Positions 27,529-36,969 of a stretch of 64,000 nt of DNA are shown in pieces; the first letter of the stretch is position 1, and every line of letters begins with the position of its first letter. The notes under the pieces were generated by a model, which made no database searches, was not told the origin of the DNA, and was given only the letters and a program-made list of their open reading frames with translations. The position numbers and the translations under genes are program-made. Source of the stretch: a virus. The DNA lies in the IMG/VR virus record IMGVR_UViG_3300029915_000003, one strand, 5' to 3'.

Positions 27529-28845
27529 ATGGCCAAAACCAATAAGAAGCAAACCAAAGTTTTCGTTCTTGATACAAATGTTCTTTTAAATGATTCCGAA
27601 GCTATTTTTAAGTTCGGGAATGCCAAGGTGGTTATACCTTGGGTTTGCTTATTGGAGCTAGATACCTTCAAAAAGGACGCTAGCGAGACCGGCAGGAACG
27701 CTAGGCAAGCTGCCAGGGCTTTGGATGAACTCAGGGAGAAAGGAAGCCTAGAGAAGGGTGTTGACCTAGAAAACGGTGGTTCCATCCAGATATTACACGC
27801 TGGTTCAGATTTGTTGGGAATCGACCTTACCCTACCAGACAATCAAATCCTTACTGTTTGCAAGGGACAATTAAACGTAACTCTGGTTTCTTGTGATATC
27901 AATCTCAGGGTCAGGGCTGACGGTCTAGGTATTCCTTCAGAAGACTATAAGGCTGGTACATCTGTTAGCTCGGATGGTTTGTATACTGGTTACAGGGAGT
28001 TTGTTGTTCCTAAATCAGATATAGATGAATTCTACCAGCACGGGGAACTAGAAATGCCGGATGTGGAATTTCATCCAAACGAATACGTATTACTACAAAA
28101 TGAAGAAAATCTTTCCAATACAGCTTTAGCTAGGTACGACGGAAACCTACAATTTTTGGTTCCGCTGATAGCCCTACCCAAAGATGGTGTTTGGGGCTTA
28201 AAGCCCAAAAACATGCAACAAAACTTTGCTTTGGATTTGCTACTAAATCCAGATATAAAGCTAGTTACATTGAGTGGTATCGCGGGTACGGGAAAGACCA
28301 TACTGTCCATAGCCGCTGGTTTGCAAATGACATTAGAAGAACAGATTTTTCAGAAAGTACTAATCGCTAGACCTATCATGCCTCTTGGTAAGGATATTGG
28401 GTATACTCCCGGAACTATTCAAGAAAAGATGGATCCGTGGATGCGTCCAGTGTATGATAATATCGAGTGTCTGATGAATTCAAACAAAAAAGGAAAAAAG
28501 GCAAATAATTCATATCAGGAATTTATCGATTTAGGGGTTTTACAGGTCGAACCTTTAACTTATATCCGTGGACGCTCAATCCCAAACCAATTTATGATAG
28601 TTGATGAGTGCCAAAATTTATCAATGCATGAAGTGCGTACTATATTAACAAGAATGGGCGACGGCTCCAAGATAATACTTACCGGAGATGTAAATCAGAT
28701 TGATAATCCCCATGTTGATTCAGAATCAAACGGTCTTACCAGAGTAATAGAAGCATTTAAAAATGAAAATATTTCTGGACATTCCGTCTTATCCAAAGGT
28801 GAAAGATCAGAGCTAGCAGAACTGTCAGCAAAACTATTAAAATAA
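27529..28845 (+). CDS. phoH: PIN-PhoH (PhoH2-like) protein
   Basis: LDTNV PIN domain; GIAGTGKT, YIRGRS, DECQN and GDxxQID motifs. Confidence 0.92.
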   Translation: MAKTNKKQTKVFVLDTNVLLNDSEAIFKFGNAKVVIPWVCLLELDTFKKDASETGRNARQAARALDELREKGSLEKGVDLENGGSIQILHAGSDLLGIDLTLPDNQILTVCKGQLNVTLVSCDINLRVRADGLGIPSEDYKAGTSVSSDGLYTGYREFVVPKSDIDEFYQHGELEMPDVEFHPNEYVLLQNEENLSNTALARYDGNLQFLVPLIALPKDGVWGLKPKNMQQNFALDLLLNPDIKLVTLSGIAGTGKTILSIAAGLQMTLEEQIFQKVLIARPIMPLGKDIGYTPGTIQEKMDPWMRPVYDNIECLMNSNKKGKKANNSYQEFIDLGVLQVEPLTYIRGRSIPNQFMIVDECQNLSMHEVRTILTRMGDGSKIILTGDVNQIDNPHVDSESNGLTRVIEAFKNENISGHSVLSKGERSELAELSAKLLK

Positions 28846-28906
28846 ATATGAGATACGGATATATTTCACAAACTTAGCTTTTAAAGTAAAGCCCAATTTT
28901 AACTAA

Positions 28907-29893
28907 ATGCCATTTCAGATACCCCACCCAGAAGAAGGACAAACTGGTTCAGAAAACATACACCTACCAGCCCTTAAAGAGCATTTATCTAGTCACGTTC
29001 CAGACTACAATAAGGCTCAAGACAAGTTCAAGGATCTACACTCTACAGATCAACTAAAACACTTACCCGAAGGTATAGGGGATCCGAACGAACAAGGGAA
29101 ATCTTGGAAATTATGGTTTAAAACCAAAGGTGAACCAAACGATAAACACATCATAAAGGACTTCCATGAAGCCCATTATAACCGTGATATAAGTAGGGGA
29201 TGGGCTGAAATGGCTACTAAATCATTATATCATGCCGGAGGTATAGGGCATTTAATACACAATGTACATGTATCCCACCTTCCTACCGACCAAACGGAAT
29301 CTCACCCATTTGTTACCATCAACATGGCCCACAAACATCTCCCTTTGGAAGATTCTTATGATCTTCTACAGGGTCTAAAGAACGATATCGATAATCCAGA
29401 GTCCGTTAGGAAGGCACACGAAGTCGCTGTAGGTATGAATCAAATTAATACCATGGACTATCTAACCGACAACAGAGATAGACACGGTTTAAATATGATG
29501 ATTTCTCCAGAAGGAAACCCCCTGGCAATAGATCATGGGCACTCATTTAACGGTCAATCTCCCAATGATTTCAGAAGTCATTATTTAGGTCATTCCAACA
29601 AATCAGTAAATACAGGAATAAGCACTCCGGAAGCTTTCCATGAAACCGCAGATTGGTGGCTAAAGAACAAAAACCGTATACAATCCGATTTTAACCAATT
29701 ATTAAATAAAACCATCGTAAATCCAGCTGTTCGTGACGCAATGCACGATAGATTTACCAAAAAGTTCAACATGGTAGATAAGTTCCACTCCAGAGCTTAC
29801 CAAAACATCCCCTACATAAACGCAGAAACAGATGCATATAAAAATAGAGACTATAGAGATGCTGAACATGAAAATGAATTCCACGTAAAGTAG
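28907..29893 (+). CDS. HipA/PI3-PI4-kinase-like protein, late promoter
   Basis: DYLxxNxDRHxxN..AIDHG. Confidence 0.75.
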   Translation: MPFQIPHPEEGQTGSENIHLPALKEHLSSHVPDYNKAQDKFKDLHSTDQLKHLPEGIGDPNEQGKSWKLWFKTKGEPNDKHIIKDFHEAHYNRDISRGWAEMATKSLYHAGGIGHLIHNVHVSHLPTDQTESHPFVTINMAHKHLPLEDSYDLLQGLKNDIDNPESVRKAHEVAVGMNQINTMDYLTDNRDRHGLNMMISPEGNPLAIDHGHSFNGQSPNDFRSHYLGHSNKSVNTGISTPEAFHETADWWLKNKNRIQSDFNQLLNKTIVNPAVRDAMHDRFTKKFNMVDKFHSRAYQNIPYINAETDAYKNRDYRDAEHENEFHVK

Positions 29894-29898
29894 GATCC

Positions 29899-29927
29899 TT
29901 GACAAACCGATCCCACACTGCTAGTAT
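29899..29927 (+). promoter_or_regulatory. sigma70-like promoter
   Basis: TTGACA-17-(TGC)TAGTAT. Confidence 0.75.
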
Positions 29928-30137
29928 CCTCTTAGACCCGAACCTCAAAAACCAATGAAATACCTTAACGAACTAAAAATCCTTAGTCAAGATATCGAAC
30001 AAGTCATTAAATGTGACGATCCCCAAGAATTCAATGAACTTTGGAAAATGGAACTATACGATGATGTTAAGCTAGATATTATCCTTGGTTTAGTCAAACA
30101 AATGCAAGACCTTTTAAACGACTCCTAAAGGAATTAT

Positions 30138-30626
30138 ATGTCTAAGGATCTGAATAATTGTCCTTTCTGCAAAGATCCATTAGATATATCAGAAGGTTTT
30201 ATAGATTTGTGTTGTGAAGGGAAGCTGCCAGCCATCATTAAAAACTGTAAAGCTTGTGACTATAGGGAAGAACGACCTAAATACCCTAAAAGACTTACCG
30301 CAGAGGCGTATCGAACAGAATAGATGAACATCAGGATAGTGGCAGTATCTAAATTTAACGATAAATACCGTTTATACCAATTCTATGACGGCAAAATACC
30401 TTCCTTTGTGGTTACATGGAAAGATTTTTATTTTGGTTACGTAGTAGTTACAAAGATATTTAACCTAGAAGAACACCCATTAAGTCATTTTGACTATATA
30501 CTAGACCAATATAGGTTGGATGGTTGGAATGTGGAAGAAATCTTACCTACCGAACCAGTTAAAAAGCTAATAGACAAGCCTTTACCAGCCAATCCCACGA
30601 GGTGGGACCTCATAGATTATGAATAA
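30138..30626 (+). other. Two small hypothetical ORFs (30138-30323 Zn-ribbon; 30324-30626)
   Basis: ORF track. Confidence 0.55.
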
Positions 30627-30780
30627 ATACTCAACCTACATAAGACTGTGCCAACACAGGTTTTTTAAGAATATCAATATGGGAGATATTTTTTATTGTG
30701 TAAAATGCCCGCAAACCTGTATGTTCAATATAGGGTTGAGACGTGTATTTTCAATAATACAGTTAATGCCAAATAATTAA
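30619..30780 (+). CDS. RxCKH-family miniprotein (53 aa)
   Basis: Manual translation: TYIRLCQH..CVKC..FNIGLRRV. Confidence 0.6.
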   Translation: MNKYSTYIRLCQHRFFKNINMGDIFYCVKCPQTCMFNIGLRRVFSIIQLMPNN

Positions 30781-30788
30781 ACCATTCC

Positions 30789-30962
30789 ATGAATAAAAAT
30801 CTATACTTTAGACCCTGTAGACACTCTATCTACATTATAGATCCTAAAATATATGAATATCGCCAAACAAGAACATTAATGTGTTATAAATGCTTCAACA
30901 TTCCAGTGAACAGCATGTGGATTTTAGATTTATACAATCGTAGCGTTAAAGAGTATTTTTAA
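30789..30962 (+). CDS. RxCKH-family miniprotein (57 aa)
   Basis: Manual translation: LYFRPCRH..CYKC..LDLYNRSV. Confidence 0.6.
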   Translation: MNKNLYFRPCRHSIYIIDPKIYEYRQTRTLMCYKCFNIPVNSMWILDLYNRSVKEYF

Positions 30963-30964
30963 AT

Positions 30965-31153
30965 ATGAAATACCCAATGTATTTAAGACTTTGTAAACAC
31001 TTATATGGTTTTGCAACCAAAGAATGGGGAACTGTTTTATTTGATTATTGTAACAAGGAATCTACTACACATATAACTGAGTATACATATAATTTGAAAA
31101 GTAGAGAATTTAAAATGATGCAAGCTTTAGAACTCGTCACAAATGGACCTTGA
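30965..31153 (+). CDS. RxCKH-family miniprotein
   Basis: MKYPMYLRLCKH..YC..YNLKSREF. Confidence 0.65.
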   Translation: MKYPMYLRLCKHLYGFATKEWGTVLFDYCNKESTTHITEYTYNLKSREFKMMQALELVTNGP

Positions 31154-31178
31154 CAATTCCGAACTAGTAATGTAGAGT
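31150..31178 (+). promoter_or_regulatory. sigma70-like promoter, leaderless for 31186
   Basis: TTGACA-17-TAGAGT. Confidence 0.65.
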
Positions 31179-31185
31179 GACTTTT

Positions 31186-31404
31186 ATGACCCAACCCATT
31201 CAGCCAAATTCAGTTAAGATCCAAATAGACAATCTACTTACCAACGAAACCACCAAAATGGCTGTCAATACAGAAGCCCAAGCCGAACTAGAACTACGAC
31301 GAAGGTTCGCACCGGCTCTTACAGATGTACCGGTGGGCAATTTGGAGGATGTTGTAGACAAGCTTAACGGTATTTCTTACTTGCAAGTTACCGTAGAACT
31401 ATAA
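31186..31404 (+). CDS. Stand-alone homolog of the N-terminal domain of kinase 33762
   Basis: Shared N..T.ET....V......E..LRR........VP.GNL pattern. Confidence 0.7.
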   Translation: MTQPIQPNSVKIQIDNLLTNETTKMAVNTEAQAELELRRRFAPALTDVPVGNLEDVVDKLNGISYLQVTVEL

Positions 31405-31414
31405 AGGGATAATT

Positions 31415-31732
31415 ATGGGTAGAAGAGATAAAGAACTAAGGTATTGTAATCATTGCCAAAAAGAAACGGTTTTTAGTGCAGATGTATCTGCCCTATTAAT
31501 TGATTCCGTTCTACTAAATGCTCCCTACCCCCTTATTCCGGAAGGTTCCTACCGTCTTTGCCAAGAAGCAGACTGTGATTCAATCTGGGTATTCGTTCAA
31601 AAAGCTATTGACTCCCATGAAGAACTCATGGTATTAAAGACGGACTGGTCTACAGCTTTGATTGTGTACGCAGATTTAAGTGGAAGTAAGTTAAACGCCA
31701 AACGAAGTAACGGCAATATTGGGGAAGTATAA
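31415..31732 (+). CDS. Hypothetical Zn-finger protein
   Basis: CNHC...CQEADC. Confidence 0.6.
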   Translation: MGRRDKELRYCNHCQKETVFSADVSALLIDSVLLNAPYPLIPEGSYRLCQEADCDSIWVFVQKAIDSHEELMVLKTDWSTALIVYADLSGSKLNAKRSNGNIGEV

Positions 31733-31738
31733 TTATAA

Positions 31739-31812
31739 TGGGGAATCGTCTAATGGCAGGACGCGGGACTTTGAATTCCGCTATTTTGGTTCGAGTCCAA
31801 ATTCCCCAACCA
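31739..31812 (+). tRNA. tRNA-Gln(TTG)
   Basis: CGGGA-CTTTGAA-TTCCG arm; U1-A72; encoded CCA. Confidence 0.92.
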
Positions 31813-31832
31813 AATTATTCAATAAATAATAT

Positions 31833-31907
31833 CGGAGTATAGGTAAGTTAGCATACCTTATGCTTTGGGAGCATAGATCCTTCGTGCAATTCGAAGTACT
31901 CCGACCA
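31833..31907 (+). tRNA. tRNA-Pro(TGG) with atypical D and T loops
   Basis: CGGAGTA/TACTCCG acceptor; TATGC-TTTGGGA-GCATA arm; T loop TGCAATT; encoded CCA. Confidence 0.82.
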
Positions 31908-31941
31908 CTTTTTCACCAACAATCCAACCCGAGGTAACAAA

Positions 31942-32604
31942 ATGCCTTCAAAAACTGTAGCAAAGAAGCAGTCCAAGGTCTCCAAGTCCAACGACAAGTT
32001 TGCCAAGATGTCCAAAGCAGAAAAGCGAGTAGAAATCGCAAAGGATGTCTTATTGCGACTAAAAGCCAAGAAACTGAAGGCTGAACACGGATCTTGGGTT
32101 AAAGGTACACTTAAAAATGCAATCAAAAATGCCAAACCAGAACAACAATTAAACAAGGTTATGCCTGAAGTTTGCAGGGTTTGTGCTCTGGGTGCGTGCT
32201 TTGTTGGAGCAGTGGGAAAGTTCAACCATTTGACTATCGGAGAGGCAAATGAAAAATATATTACATATAATTTAGGTCAGGAAGTATTTGACTACGATAG
32301 CAAAGTGGATTGTATTTCCACGGACTTAGATGTTGCTTTACCTCAACTCTACCTAAAGCGTTTCTTTTCCCAAAACCAAATGGCTTTAATTGAAAATGCC
32401 TTTGAAAATGGAGAGGGAGCCAATATGTATTGCTCCCTGAAAGAAGACAAGATGTATAATGCTTCTCAATATTTTCCAGAAGAATGTAAACCAAACGATC
32501 GTATCCGCCTATTAATGGAAAATATCATCCTTAATAAGGGTGAATTTAAGCTTAACTTACTTCCCGTCAAGCGCAAGGGTAAGTGGGTTCTGGAAAAACA
32601 ATAA
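31942..32604 (+). CDS. Phage hypothetical protein (CxVCALG type)
   Basis: GAGG SD; ORF track. Confidence 0.7.
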   Translation: MPSKTVAKKQSKVSKSNDKFAKMSKAEKRVEIAKDVLLRLKAKKLKAEHGSWVKGTLKNAIKNAKPEQQLNKVMPEVCRVCALGACFVGAVGKFNHLTIGEANEKYITYNLGQEVFDYDSKVDCISTDLDVALPQLYLKRFFSQNQMALIENAFENGEGANMYCSLKEDKMYNASQYFPEECKPNDRIRLLMENIILNKGEFKLNLLPVKRKGKWVLEKQ

Positions 32605-32605
32605 A

Positions 32606-33619
32606 ATGAATAAACCAGATTTATCGTATGACGATGTAGTATTGAAGCCCCGATATTCGACTCTTAGGAGTCGGTCTGAAGCCGATACGTCTGTATCCAT
32701 TAGTAATGGTATGGGGAAGACTATCACCCTAAAGGTACCTGTGTTAAGTGCCAATATGGATACAATTACAGAGGTAGCCACCGCCAAGGCCATGCATGAA
32801 GCTGGAGGTTTGGGATGTCTACATCGATACGCAGATGTGGATGTCACCCTTGCGTGGATTAAACAGCTAAAAGAACACAATACACCTCCATGTGTGTCTG
32901 TTGGGGTGGGTTCTGGCGAAGTAGACAAGGCCAAGCTATATATAGAGGCAGGAGCACAGGTTGTTATTGTAGATATAGCTCATGCCCACTCAATACAAAT
33001 GGGGGAAATGCTCAATAAACTACATGGGTTACCGAACCGTAAGGATTTTATCCTTATTGGAGGGAATGTAGCCACCAAAGAAGCAGCTGTCTATTTAGTA
33101 GACAATGGATGTGACGTAATTAAGGTTGGTATCGGACCGGGTATCGTTTGTACTACTACCAATGTAACAGGGCACGGCCGTCCCCAATTTACCGCCGTGG
33201 AAGAATGTGTAAATGCCGTTTCAGCCCTTTCTTACCGTAAAACAGTTAAGGTTATAGCTGATGGGGGCCTACGGAGCAGTGGAGATATTGTCAAGGCCCT
33301 AGCTGTTGGAGCGGACCTAGTTATGGTTGGAGGAATGCTAGCTGGCTGCGATGAATGCCCCAAAGACGCCCAAGGCCACACGGTCTACCGAGGTATGGCC
33401 AGTGCAGAGGCCCAACTAGATCACCACCGCTCAGTCCACAATGGAGCCCCAGAAGGAGTATCCAAGCCGGTTACACCTAAAGGTTCAATTGTCAAGGTCA
33501 TGGAAACCATTGCTGGAGGTATTCGGTCGGGGATGAGTTACAGTGGTGCTAGAACCCTCAATGAATTAGTCAACAAGGCAGAATTTACAATAACTACCAG
33601 TAATTTCAACAAAAAGTAA
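32606..33619 (+). CDS. IMP dehydrogenase/GMP reductase family protein
   Basis: SANMDT, DIAHAH, GNV, KVGIGPGxxCTT, ADGG and YRGMAS motifs; no CBS domains. Confidence 0.9.
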   Translation: MNKPDLSYDDVVLKPRYSTLRSRSEADTSVSISNGMGKTITLKVPVLSANMDTITEVATAKAMHEAGGLGCLHRYADVDVTLAWIKQLKEHNTPPCVSVGVGSGEVDKAKLYIEAGAQVVIVDIAHAHSIQMGEMLNKLHGLPNRKDFILIGGNVATKEAAVYLVDNGCDVIKVGIGPGIVCTTTNVTGHGRPQFTAVEECVNAVSALSYRKTVKVIADGGLRSSGDIVKALAVGADLVMVGGMLAGCDECPKDAQGHTVYRGMASAEAQLDHHRSVHNGAPEGVSKPVTPKGSIVKVMETIAGGIRSGMSYSGARTLNELVNKAEFTITTSNFNKK

Positions 33620-33761
33620 AAAATGGAAATACTATTCATCAGTTTTGGTATAACAATTCTATTAGCTACGTTAATCCCTTTAATTGAACTATTTATCGAT
33701 AAGAGGAAATAAAATGCTATTGACAATTTGTGCATTGGTCGGGTCCCAATTTTAAAGGGTA

Positions 33762-35045
33762 ATGGCTACCGTAGATATATTCAACACCCAAACCCAAGAG
33801 ACTTTTGAACTAGAGGTCTCCAATTCGGAAGAGTTGGAGATCTATCTACGTAGAAATATTAAATTCCTTAACAATAATGTACCTTTTGGTAACTTAGCCA
33901 AATGTTTGCAACTAATAGAAGATGATGGTAATTATCTATTAGACTTCTCCAAAGCAGAAGAGTTGTTTGACTCAATTCCAACTCAAAACATACCAGAAGC
34001 CATAGAATCAGACCTAAACAGCCACGCCCTTAGCAATTTAGGTAAATCAGAGTCTAGCGTACTGGAAGAAGAGTACGGTATCAAACCAGATAAATGGGCC
34101 AAAGTCCTAGGTAATAATCTCAAACCATTTAACCCAAAATTAGTAGCACCAAAGGTTATAAGTCCTTGGAATCAGGACGGAATAACCTTCTCCAAAGCCA
34201 TCAGATCTGCGTTTGATGCAAATAAAGTACATTACGTACATTTAGGTGGGAAGCACAGTAATGGTAGCATGGTAGCGTTTGATCCATCTACCAAAATACG
34301 TTACCTATTAAAGCCAGGATTTGGAGAGTCTTCTCCTGCGGCTGGTATTAGGGAAACCCCCTACACTCAATCTCAACGAGAAACGGCCTTTTACCATGCA
34401 TCTGTTTCCATGGATTTAGGTAATTATTTACCTGAATGCCAAATGTTGTTGTTTGATGGCAAGGAAGTTGCTTGCATAAAAATGCTTCCGGACTACTTTG
34501 TAAATTACGTGGACTTCACTACTGAAGACCAGTTTTTAGGTAGAGAAGTTCTGGAAAACTATTTGGTTTCAGGAACCCTACATAAATGGGCTGTCATGGA
34601 TTACGTTCTCGGGAACGTAGATAGGCACAGCTCCAACCTAATGGTGGGTAGACCCAAAGGCAACAGCAGCGACGGGAATAAAGGCGTCACTGTTCGCCTA
34701 ATAGACCACGGTAGCACCTTGGCTGGTTTGGGTTTTGACCCAGCCAATGATCCTTCCAGCTATTTACCGTATTATTTACGTATGTGGAGTTCCATTTCCA
34801 AGTTCCAACGCTTGATCCCAAAAGACAGGTTTCACCAAATGCCCACAACTTCTTTGGAGGGTGAAAAGATTTTAAGAAACTGGTTCAAAGACCTTGATTT
34901 GGTTAAATTGGCATGGGTGTTAGAATCTTATGGAATAAACCCCCAACCCATGATTGCCCGTGCGACCCAAATACACCTAAATATGGCAAACGGAAGGCTG
35001 GATGAGGCAATAAACAAACTATGGGCTGGTTACGATAATCTTTAA
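33762..35045 (+). CDS. HipA/PI3-PI4-kinase-like protein, probably capsid-packaged
   Basis: YLLKP, RE, DYVLGNVDRHSSN and LIDHG motifs; late motif; FSK|AE and LGK|SE sites. Confidence 0.78.
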   Translation: MATVDIFNTQTQETFELEVSNSEELEIYLRRNIKFLNNNVPFGNLAKCLQLIEDDGNYLLDFSKAEELFDSIPTQNIPEAIESDLNSHALSNLGKSESSVLEEEYGIKPDKWAKVLGNNLKPFNPKLVAPKVISPWNQDGITFSKAIRSAFDANKVHYVHLGGKHSNGSMVAFDPSTKIRYLLKPGFGESSPAAGIRETPYTQSQRETAFYHASVSMDLGNYLPECQMLLFDGKEVACIKMLPDYFVNYVDFTTEDQFLGREVLENYLVSGTLHKWAVMDYVLGNVDRHSSNLMVGRPKGNSSDGNKGVTVRLIDHGSTLAGLGFDPANDPSSYLPYYLRMWSSISKFQRLIPKDRFHQMPTTSLEGEKILRNWFKDLDLVKLAWVLESYGINPQPMIARATQIHLNMANGRLDEAINKLWAGYDNL

Positions 35046-35048
35046 TAT

Positions 35049-35360
35049 ATGGAAATATCAGACAAACAAATCAAAGGCAAACCCAAAGTTGTAGGAAGTA
35101 CCGAAAATGGACCGGTACTGTCTATGACCACAAAGGGTGGATTGCATTTAATCCTAGGAATGAATAAGGGCGGCAAGACCGAAACTTTAGCTATGGGTTC
35201 GCATCCTGCACTTGCAAGGCATATAGCCTCCAAAAAAGCCGATATTACGTGGAATTCATTAGAAAAATCAGAAGCTAGGGATACCGAAACATTTAAAGAA
35301 CTAATCCCTAAATACGAAAAACTAACTGACGAAATTAGAGAATTAGAAAACAAGGAATAA
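35049..35360 (+). CDS. Late hypothetical (head-associated) protein
   Basis: Late motif; LEK|SE. Confidence 0.65.
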   Translation: MEISDKQIKGKPKVVGSTENGPVLSMTTKGGLHLILGMNKGGKTETLAMGSHPALARHIASKKADITWNSLEKSEARDTETFKELIPKYEKLTDEIRELENKE

Positions 35361-36215
35361 ATGGCTCCCAAGAACACCATTACCACAACGCCTATGCCTT
35401 ATAGCGGGATAATGCCCGCTTTCAATCCTGACGATTTTGCGGCTTTCATTGATTCAAATGGAGTAGAGCTTATTCATTATAAGGCCATACCTTGTCCCGT
35501 AGGGCTTGAAGATGAACAAGATTCTGTTCACAAGAACCATGTACCCCATGCTGGATGCAGTAACGGTTACATATTCATAGAAGCTGGCTGTTTGGTCGCC
35601 ACCTTCAATAACGCCCCAAATTTATGGAACCTAGGTGATACCGGACTAGTTTCGGGTTCTACCTGTATGGTTACATTTCCTTTTACTTATACGGATGGAA
35701 TTACACCCGTAGTAATAGCCGTACAAGATAGATTTTATCTAAAAGATATACAATGCTATGTTACCTCCCAGCAAAGGTTCCAACGTGGCAACGGTACAAC
35801 TGATTTCTTACACTTTCCCCCAGAATACATAGAATATATCTTTGATTCCAAGGGTTTGCAATACTTGTCTACGGATTATAGCGTTACTCAGGGCTCTCTT
35901 CTTTGGGTAGGAAACAGACCTGCTGAAGGTACTATTTGTGCCATTAGGTATTTATACCGCCCTTTTTGGTATGCAGCGAGATTATTACACGAAATTCGCG
36001 TAGCCAGAACAGAAAATATGGTTACAGGTGAAAGAGGGCTTACTAGAATGCCTTATTCAGCCCTTTGTAATCGTGAGAACGTAGGTAGAAATGAATATAC
36101 TCAAATTAACCCAAATCAAATTGTTCCGCCAAGAGCTATTTTGCCACCCAACCAACGAAATAATTTTTTATCTGGTAAATCACCAAGCTCTATAAGTGAA
36201 ATAGAGGAAGAATAA
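35361..36215 (+). CDS. Probable head-closure/neck protein
   Basis: F..FI...G..L.H.KA.PCP..C..G pattern of myovirus neck proteins; genomic position. Confidence 0.6.
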   Translation: MAPKNTITTTPMPYSGIMPAFNPDDFAAFIDSNGVELIHYKAIPCPVGLEDEQDSVHKNHVPHAGCSNGYIFIEAGCLVATFNNAPNLWNLGDTGLVSGSTCMVTFPFTYTDGITPVVIAVQDRFYLKDIQCYVTSQQRFQRGNGTTDFLHFPPEYIEYIFDSKGLQYLSTDYSVTQGSLLWVGNRPAEGTICAIRYLYRPFWYAARLLHEIRVARTENMVTGERGLTRMPYSALCNRENVGRNEYTQINPNQIVPPRAILPPNQRNNFLSGKSPSSISEIEEE

Positions 36216-36216
36216 A

Positions 36217-36948
36217 ATGATAGTATATGGATTAGTTTATGCTCTATTGGATCCTTTTGGAAAAATTAGATATATAGGTCAAACATGCGATACAATAGAG
36301 CAGAGATTTAAAGAACACCTATTTCCTTCAAATCTTAAAAATTTAGATCACAAAACCAATTGGATAAAATCATTATTATCAAAAAACCAAAAACCTACGA
36401 TAAGATTGCTTCAAGATAATATTCCTGTAAAATTCATAGAAACCAAAGAAAAACAATGGGATATGACTATTATTGATACCACTGAAACAGAATGGATTCG
36501 TCTATATAAACTAATTGGCGCAAAATTAACCAATAGCACAAATGGAGGGGGAGGTCAGCATGGAAGAATCCCAAGTAAAGAAACTTTACGTAAAATGTCT
36601 GAATCTCATAAGGGTAAAAACAATGGACCCGTAGCTGCTGCTAATATATCAAAAGCCTTAACAGGAAAGAAGAGAGCCCCATTTACAAAAGAACACAAAA
36701 GGAATATAGCGATAGGAGCTACAGGTAAGCTTCAATCAGAAGAATCAAAATATAAAAAATCAGTTACCTTGAAAGCAAACCAAAAGAACACAGAACATCT
36801 ACGTAAGCTATCGGAAGCAAGGAGGGGTGTGCCGCAAAGTCCAGAATTAATAGCAAAAAGAGTGGCTTCCTGTAAACTAACTCTTGAAAGAAACAAAAAA
36901 AAGAAAATAGATGCAATAAATGCTATATTTTCTTTTTTAATGTCTTAA
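36217..36948 (+). mobile_element. Free-standing GIY-YIG homing endonuclease with NUMOD3-like repeats
   Basis: VYAL..YIGQT..R..EH, LTNSTNGGG and SKETLRKMSESHKG motifs. Confidence 0.88.
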
Positions 36949-36969
36949 ACCGCAATTTTACCACTAAAT

